Shown here piece after piece: positions 60,401 to 64,000 of a stretch of DNA of 64,000 nt. The position numbers and the translations under genes were made by a program. The stretch is taken from positions 32,001-96,000 of the IMG/VR virus record IMGVR_UViG_3300013121_000034; one strand, given 5' to 3'. This DNA comes from a virus (lineage: Duplodnaviria > Caudoviricetes). The notes under the pieces are model-generated. The model searched no databases. It was not told the origin of the DNA and saw nothing but the letters and a program-made list of their open reading frames with translations. How positions within the stretch are numbered: position 1 is the stretch's first letter; the number at the start of each line of letters is the position of its first letter.

Positions 60401-63400
60401 TTGTCGACGGCGCACTCGTTATTTCGTGCATGCGGATATAGAGGCCGTTCGTCGACGACGCACTGCCTTTAATCCACACACTCCATGACAAAATCCAGCC
60501 CGGCTTCACGGCTATGGCGCGTGCGCCATACATCGTGCCGTGGGTTGAATTATCAGCGATCTTAAACGACGCAATACCGCTGAGTTGCTGCGTTGTATCG
60601 CGAGACAAAACGAGCGATGTTGTCGTTGCACGCGCAACGGCTTTCCAACGCGCAAGATTTTCTTCGGCGTCAGGGTTCGAGATTAAGTTCGAACCGAAAT
60701 TCGCAATGGTTAGCTGATCGACCGTGATGCTATCGGCGGCGATTTCGGTTGCAGTGATCGTGCCCGCTGCGATGTTCGAGGCCGTAATGGTTCCTGCTGC
60801 TATACTAGCGCCGGTTATTGTGCCGCCGACGATATTGGAATCTGTAATCGTTGCACCAGCGATATTGGCTCCGGTGATTGTAGCGTTCGCGATCTTTCCA
60901 CCTGTAATCGTCGAGTTCGCAATTTGAGTTGCGGTTATTGTGCTCGAAACGATGTTCGAGGCGCTGATCGTGGTGCCTGCAATGTTACCACCAGTGATCG
61001 TCGAGTTCGCAATTTGAGTTGTCGTTATGGTTGAATTGGCAATATTCGAGGCGGTGATCGTGGTGCCAGCGATCTTTCCACCTGTTATAGTGCTGTTGGC
61101 GATTTCGCTAGCGGTTATCGTTGCTGCAACGATATTCGAAGCGGTGATCGTAGTGCCTGCGATGTTACCGCCGGTGATTGTTGAGGCTGCAATTTGAGTC
61201 GTCGTTATTGTTGCGTTCGTGATATTCGACGCGGTGATAGTCGTACCAGCGATCTTTCCACCCGTGATCGTGCTATTCGAAATCTGTGTCGCAGTAATCG
61301 TGCTGTTGGCAATTTCAGTCGCAGTAATCGTTGCAGCGGTGATATTTGATGCAGTGATTGTGGTGCCCGCGATCTTTCCGCCCGTTATGGTGCTGTTAGC
61401 GATCTGCGTAGCTGTTATGGTGCTGTTGGTGATATTGGATGCCGTTATTGTGGCGGAAGCAATTTTACCGCCAGTGACAGCGCCGTCTTCAAAGGTGATC
61501 GTATCCAATTGACGGCGAACGCGCACGTCGTCGAAATAAAGATCAGCCGTCGAGGCAGTCCAATTACCTATGCCAAACGAAATGTATTTGACACTCGCCG
61601 GAACGGTGTACGTACCGCTGTAATACGTCCACGAGTTCGAAATTGCACTGTCACCAGTAATAAGCTCGGTGACGGAGGTATTGTTGTCCACGCCCGTCAA
61701 CGAATTGAGCGTCGAGCCTACGAATTTTGTTGTCGGCGCGCTCGTCAATTCATACATGCGGATATAGAGGCCAGCAGCAGAAGCACTTGAGCCTTTAATC
61801 CACACGCTCCACGACAAAATCCAACCCGGTTTCACTGCAATGGCTCTAGCGCCAAGCACTGAACCGTGTGTAGAATTGTCTGCGATCTTAAATGAGGCTT
61901 CGCCACTGTTTTGCTGCGTCGTATCACGTGTGAATACGAGCGAGGTCGTTGTGGCGCGCGCAATAATTCGCCAACGTGCAACGTCGATTTCAGCGTCGGG
62001 ATTGGCTATGAGATTGGAACCAAAGTTCACAATATTGAGTTGGTCGACAGTGATAGAATCGGCTGCGATTTCGCTGGCCGTTATCGTACCCGCAGCGATA
62101 TTGGACGCAGTGATAGTGTTAGCCGCTATCTTCGCGCCAGTAATCGTAGCGTCGACAATCTTTGCGTTTGTTATGGTAGCATCGGAAATTTGAGTCGCTG
62201 TAATCGTACCGTTTACGATGTTGCTGGCCGTAATCGTAGTACCTGCAATCTTTCCGCCAGTAATCGTCGAGTTCGCAATTTGCGTAGCTGTTATGGTGCT
62301 GTTTGCGATCTGCGTTGCGGTGATCGTGCTGTTTACGATGTTGCTGGCAGCGATGGTGGTATTTGCAATCTTTGCTCCGGTGATCGTTGCGTTGACGAGT
62401 TTGGCGTTGGTGATAACACCGTCTTCAATCGTCACTGCATCGATTTGGCGGCGAACGCGCACGTCATCAAAGTAAAGATCAACTGTCGACGCCGTCCAGT
62501 TGCCAATGGCAAAGGTTGCGTATTTAACGCCAGCAGGAACGGTATAGGTGCCTTCATAATACGTCCATGTATTTGGAATAGCACTATCGGCTGTAATAAG
62601 TTCGGTGGTCGACGTGGAAGCATCGACACTTGTTAGAGAGTTCGACGTGCTACCGACAAAACGCGTCGACGGTGCGCTCGTCAACTCGTACATGCGGATA
62701 TACAAACCGGCTGCGGATGCACCGCTTCCGTTAATCCATACGCTCCATGCTAAAATTTGACCGGCTTTAACTGCGAAGGCGCGAGAACCGGCAAAAGAAC
62801 CGTGGGTAGAATTGTCTGCCAGCTTAAACGACGCGGTGCCGCCGTTCACTGTAGTTGTGTCTCGTGTAAAGGCAAGGCTTGTTGTCGTCGCGCGTGCGAC
62901 AATACGCCAACCAGCAAGGTTTTCCTCGGCATCGGGATTGAGGATAAGGTTAGAGCCAAAGTTCGCGACTACAAGCTTGTCGACAGTAATGCTGTCGGCT
63001 GCGATTTCCGTAGCGGTAATTGTACCAGCAGCTATTTGTGCAGATGTAATAGTGTTCGCGGCGATTTCCGTCGCGGTGATGGTGCCAGCGGTGATATTGG
63101 CCGCAGTGATAGTGTTGGCTGCGATCTTTCCGCCTGTGATCGTTGAATTTACGATGTTCGAATTGGCAATGGTAGCCGATGCGATTTCGGTGCCGGTAAT
63201 CGTACCGCCTTGAATATTACTAGCGGTGATTGTTGTGTTTGCAATCTTTCCACCCGTTATGGTGGAGTTCGCAATTTGAGTTGCTGTAATGGTGCTATTT
63301 GCAATTTGGGTAGCGGTAATCGTCGAGTTCGCGATTTGCGTTGCGGTGATTGTGGCGGACGCAATCTTTCCGCCAGTTACCGAGCCATCTTCGAAAGTAA

Positions 63401-64000
63401 GCGTATCGATTTGACGACGCACGCGAACGTCGTCAAAATACAAATCAGCGGTCGAGGCCGTCCAATTGCCAACAGCGAACGTGATATAAGCTACACCGGC
63501 AGGGACGGTATATGTTCCGCTGTAGTAGGTCCATACATTTGGAATGGCACTGTCGGCGGTTATCAAATTCGTGATCGACGTGTTATCGTCGACATTTGCA
63601 AGCGAATTGGCCGTTGAACCGATAAAGTTCGTTGTGGGTTTAGACGTCAACTCATACATACGAATGAAAAGGCCATTCGTCGAGGACGTGCTACCTTTTA
63701 CCCACACATTCCACGCCAAAATCCATCCCGGCTTAACCGGAATGGCGCGTGCGCCATACATCGTGCCGTGCGTAGAGTTGTCAGCGATCTTAAATGATGC
63801 TGCACCGTTGTTTTGCTGCGTCAAATCACGCGTCATAACAAGCGACGTCGTTGTGGCGCGATGAATTGCCCGCCAAGCAGATGCGTTTGTTTCTGCGTCA
63901 GGATTTGAGATTAAGTTCGAACCGAAATTCGCGATATTGAGTTGATCGACCGTAATCGAGTCGGCTGCTATTTCTGTCGCCGTAATCGTGCCTGCGGCAA
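48426..64000 (-). CDS. giant tail-fibre/adhesin-like protein (5' end outside the window)
   Basis: Frame open to the window edge (>5,190 aa); hundreds of ITAxxIAxxT decapeptides with 13 interspersed jelly-roll/CBM-like modules. Confidence 0.85.
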   Translation of the reverse strand, partial: AAGTITATEIAADSITVDQLNIANFGSNLISNPDAETNASAWRAIHRATTTSLVMTRDLTQQNNGAASFKIADNSTHGTMYGARAIPVKPGWILAWNVWVKGSTSSTNGLFIRMYELTSKPTTNFIGSTANSLANVDDNTSITNLITADSAIPNVWTYYSGTYTVPAGVAYITFAVGNWTASTADLYFDDVRVRRQIDTLTFEDGSVTGGKIASATITATQIANSTITATQIANSTITATQIANSTITGGKIANTTITASNIQGGTITGTEIASATIANSNIVNSTITGGKIAANTITAANITAGTITATEIAANTITSAQIAAGTITATEIAADSITVDKLVVANFGSNLILNPDAEENLAGWRIVARATTTSLAFTRDTTTVNGGTASFKLADNSTHGSFAGSRAFAVKAGQILAWSVWINGSGASAAGLYIRMYELTSAPSTRFVGSTSNSLTSVDASTSTTELITADSAIPNTWTYYEGTYTVPAGVKYATFAIGNWTASTVDLYFDDVRVRRQIDAVTIEDGVITNAKLVNATITGAKIANTTIAASNIVNSTITATQIANSTITATQIANSTITGGKIAGTTITASNIVNGTITATQISDATITNAKIVDATITGAKIAANTITASNIAAGTITASEIAADSITVDQLNIVNFGSNLIANPDAEIDVARWRIIARATTTSLVFTRDTTQQNSGEASFKIADNSTHGSVLGARAIAVKPGWILSWSVWIKGSSASAAGLYIRMYELTSAPTTKFVGSTLNSLTGVDNNTSVTELITGDSAISNSWTYYSGTYTVPASVKYISFGIGNWTASTADLYFDDVRVRRQLDTITFEDGAVTGGKIASATITASNITNSTITATQIANSTITGGKIAGTTITASNITAATITATEIANSTITATQISNSTITGGKIAGTTITASNITNATITTTQIAASTITGGNIAGTTITASNIVAATITASEIANSTITGGKIAGTTITASNIANSTITTTQIANSTITGGNIAGTTISASNIVSSTITATQIANSTITGGKIANATITGANIAGATITDSNIVGGTITGASIAAGTITASNIAAGTITATEIAADSITVDQLTIANFGSNLISNPDAEENLARWKAVARATTTSLVLSRDTTQQLSGIASFKIADNSTHGTMYGARAIAVKPGWILSWSVWIKGSASSTNGLYIRMHEITSAPSTKFVGSTLNSLTGIDAATSTTDLVTADSAIPNTWTYYSGTYTVPAGVIYVTFSVGNWTASTADLYFDDVRVRRQLDTIVFEDGSVTGLKIAGTTITASNIANSTITATQILNSTITGGKIANTTITASNIVAATITASEIANSTITGGKIAGTTITASNIAAATITASEIANSTITGSKIAGTTITASNIFGGTITATEIANSTITGGKIAGTTITASNIVNATITTTQIANSTITGGNIAGTTISASNIVSSTITATQIANSTITGGKIANATITGANIAGGTITDSNILGGTITGASIAANTITASNIAAGTITASEIAADSITVDQLTLADYGSNLIRNPDAEANIAGWRAVARATTTSLVLSRDTTQQNTGTASFKIADNSTHGTMYGARAFSVKAGWILAWSVWIKGSAASTNGLYIRMHELTSKPATNFVGSTLNSLTNIDAATSTTDLVTADSAISNSWTYYSGSYTVPAGVQYVTFSVGNWTASTADLYFDDVRVRRLLDTITFEDGAVTGGKIASATITASNITNSTITATQIANSTITGAKIAGTTITASNIVNATITTTQIASSTITGSNIAGTTITASNIANTTITASQIANSTITATQISNSTITGGKIAGTTITASNIVAGTITGTEIASATIAASNIINSTITGGKIASATITGSNIAGGTITDSNILGGTITGASIAAGTITASNISAGTITASEIAADSITVDQLNFVNFGSNLIANSDAETNIAGWRAVQRATTTSLVLSRDTSQQNNGAASFKIADNSTHGTMYGARAIAVKPGWVLAWSVWIKGSSASAAGLYIRMHELTSAPTTRFVGSTGNSLTNVDNATSTTDLVTASSAIPSSWTYYSGNYTVPAGVLYITFSVGNWTASTADLYFDDVRVRRQLDTLTFEDGAITGGKIANVTITAANITSGTITATEIANSTITGGKIAGTTITASNIQNATITTTQIANSTITGGNIAGTTITASNIANTTITASQIANSTITATQITNSTITGGKIAGTTITASNIVAGTITATEILNSTITGGKIASATITGSNIAGSTITDSNILGGTITGASIAAGTITAANIAAGTITASEIAADSITVDQLNIVNFGSNLISNPDAEDNLARWRAVARATTTSLVLTRDTTQQNSGEASFKIADNSTHGTVYGARAIAVKAGWILSWSVWVKGSSASTNGLYIRMYELTSAPTTKFVGSTLNSLPNVDNATSTTDLTTANGAVPSSWTYYSGTYTVPASVKYITFGVGIWTASTADLYFDDVRVRRQLDTITFEDGAVTGGKIASATITASNITGGTITATEIANSTITGGKIAGTTITASNIVNATITTTQIANSTITGGNIAGTTITASNIANTTITASQIANSTITATQITNSTITGGKIANTTITGANIVNATITATQIQANTITATEIAAATITATEIAASTITGAKIAATTIAAGNIVSGTITTTQIAATTIVAGNIASSTITATQIAASTITGAKIAANTITASNIAAGTITATEIAAGTITAANISAGSITANEIAVDSITVDKLTFVNFSSNLIRNPDAEVDLADWTETHRSGSALVLSRDTTNQNSGAASFKITDNGANGSFYGARAFAVKAGEKLAWSIWIDGSSASANGLYIRMIEKNAKPTARYLGQSALTDVDNAYTSTTDLITGNSAIPSSWTYYSGTYTVPAGIKYVTFSVANWTASTADLYFDDVRVRRVLDTITIDDDAITNAKILASTITGAKIAGTTIAASNIVSATITTTQIANSTITGSNIAGTTITASNIANSTITGGKIANTTITASNIVGGTITNAEIASATILDANITASTITGSKIANTTIAAGNIVNSTITATQIANSTITGGKIANTTITASNIVGGTITGTELANTTITNSHIVNSTITGGKIAGTTITASNITNATITTTQIANSTITGGNIAGTTITASNIANTTITASQIANSTITATQITNSTITGGKIAGTTITASNILGATITTAEIAASTITGSNIANSTITGGKIAGTTITASNIQGSTITASEIANSTITGGKIANATITGANIAGGTITDSNILGGTITGASIAAGTITASNIAAGTITASEIAADSITVDQLTIADYGANLIRNPDAEANIAGWRAVQRATTTSLVLTRDTTQQNNGAASFKITDNSTHGTFYGARAFGVKAGWILAWSIWIKGSAASTNGLYIRMHELTSKPSTNFVGETSNSLTGVDLRTSFTDLVTVNSAIPSSWTYYSGSYTVPAGVQYVTFSVANWTASTADVYFDDVRVRRLLDTITFEDGAVTGGKIANATITASNITGGTITATEIANSTITGGKIAGTTITASNIVNGTITGTQISNATITGGLIANTTITGANIVNATITATQIQSATITATQIAATTITAGNIVSGTITGTQIAATTIAAANIVAGTITTTQIAATTIVAGNIAASTITATQIAATTITAAKIAANTITAAQIAANTITASQIAAGTITATEIAVNTISASRIILSDSSNLLADVDFADSTYWTLTSGTYDTTAETTTTLGLVRTVKTPVGNGTTSQATSNLTVIAVGQYSPVEAGKSYRAASKILIKNGFTGIVGVIINWYKSDGTTAASTAFSWQYGTDYRTVAKSGGDGVQYIDAIFVAPSDAYFARYYTQVAWSTTLNNAQYALMGQPRINRATSAELIVNGTITGTKIAATTVAANNIVAGTITTTQIAATTIVAGNIVSGTITGTQIAATTIAAGNIVAGTITTTQIAATTIVAGNIAASTITATQIAATTITAAKIVANTITASQIAASTITATEIAATTITAAKIAANTITASQIAAGTITATQIAAGTITAANIAAGSITATELAVGAITASRIVAIGGNNYILDPEFSDVPDYWSLGSGWATDTSTEVTVDPPAGMGAVRGLKTPVGNGTTSQAANTSSIGASSNWFPVDGGAYFRVAVEYFLKSGFTGRAGAQVIWYKADKSTQVSTTTIFDPSFNDYRTTAYAGASTANAFLVIIQAPSTAVYGRFSLRIDWSSTQNNAQYIIYTKPSFRPMLDEALIRSDSIVGPKIAPASIYDDRIFPGTLTGGSIASATITGSNIAGTTIAASNIINSTITGAKISGSTITASNIVGGTITATEIASDAITTIKILNANVTGAKIANTTVAAGNIVSSTITATQIANTTITGAKMVNNTVTATQINAATITTTEIASLTIVAGNIANTTITGGKLVNATITTTQIAAATIAGSNIAATTIAAGNIVSGTITTTQIAASTITGSNIAATTIAAGNIVSSTITATQIANTTITGAKMVNNTVTATQIAAATITATEIANSTITGGKIANNTITAANIAAGTITSAEVSTSILTSADYKGVDNAYNLEANFQGNLVASGIPTGWADWSAGAANTTRVTGCVSKYAAQIAAAAAAANVGILQHLTDTAGAAPMYPGWYRIVGDITLGAGSLTAAGILTQWRLTGLGTVQESWSINFATDADIAGTVHGAGTVGRRYQFAKTFQVTTSTVRSVTLYAMAHWSTFGSTAGAATIIFNRCALERVSDAEVISMTIPANIVAGTITSAEITNGTITGSDIAATTIAAGNIVSSTITATQIANTTITGGKLVNNTITATQIQAATITTTEIAATTIVAGNIANSTITGGKIANTTITAANITASTITATEIANTTITGGKIAATTITGSNLVNGTITATQIAALAITASKHVIKDFNNYIADPLYTDSTYWTFGSGWTLDTSTDCTTTLNVPSGAKTVTGNGTTSQGNSETSQTATDSYVWIEPGKPLRVAARAFVKSGFTGLIRIIISWLKQDKSTSASTASDTFTIGSDYRNVAAGADTTASLDTRITAPSDAVWARYRCQVVWSTTLNNAQYAIFAAPRFERGVTDELSGDSYLLTATAANANTTVSVPAGFAVYGNIFVDNTTAAAVTGGVKIGTTNGGTQVVVAQAVAANDLIHITDANIVKRIFSKSASQTLFIQAVTAWNGCTVNFSIPIRKVF

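Noticed and set aside
48504-63864. Many + strand V/I/A-rich ORFs opposite the fibre gene
   Set aside because: They are antisense shadows of the decapeptide repeat.
48426-64000. Diversity-generating retroelement or invertible shufflon acting on the fibre
   Set aside because: No reverse transcriptase, invertase, adenine-specific TR/VR pair or inverted cassette is seen in this window.

Overview
This window is a fragment of a large (probably jumbo) tailed dsDNA phage of a Gram-negative host, possibly an alphaproteobacterium (inference). The + strand (1-36.9 kb) is a dense early/middle region of mostly orphan ORFs. It includes a YfdR-like HD hydrolase, a GNAT-like protein, a poly-Asp/poly-Lys protein, split type IIA topoisomerase subunits, degenerate NADAR and NYN proteins, a sigma-like protein, PD-(D/E)XK, GIY-YIG and HNH endonucleases, two intact tRNAs and two interrupted tRNAs. 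The - strand (37-64 kb) is a late/structural region: a 2,128-aa multi-module protein, PAAR, a holin-endolysin-spanin cassette and a >5,190-aa repeat-rich fibre that runs off the window. The strongest unexplained signal is a non-coding array at 15120-15770 of 18 ~36-nt units, each with two alternating short repeats and two unique ~8-nt spacers. This is the architecture of a TIGR (tandem interspaced guide RNA) array, but the repeats look divergent and no Tas gene is recognisable in the window. Other highlights are a tRNA split by a cassette carrying a complete tRNA-Lys plus an endonuclease, a putative polyprotein with x-x-A|S linkers, an H-type pseudoknot leader, a recurring GGTAAAG promoter-like motif and encoded ssrA-like degrons. 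All calls come from reading motifs by eye; no searches were run.
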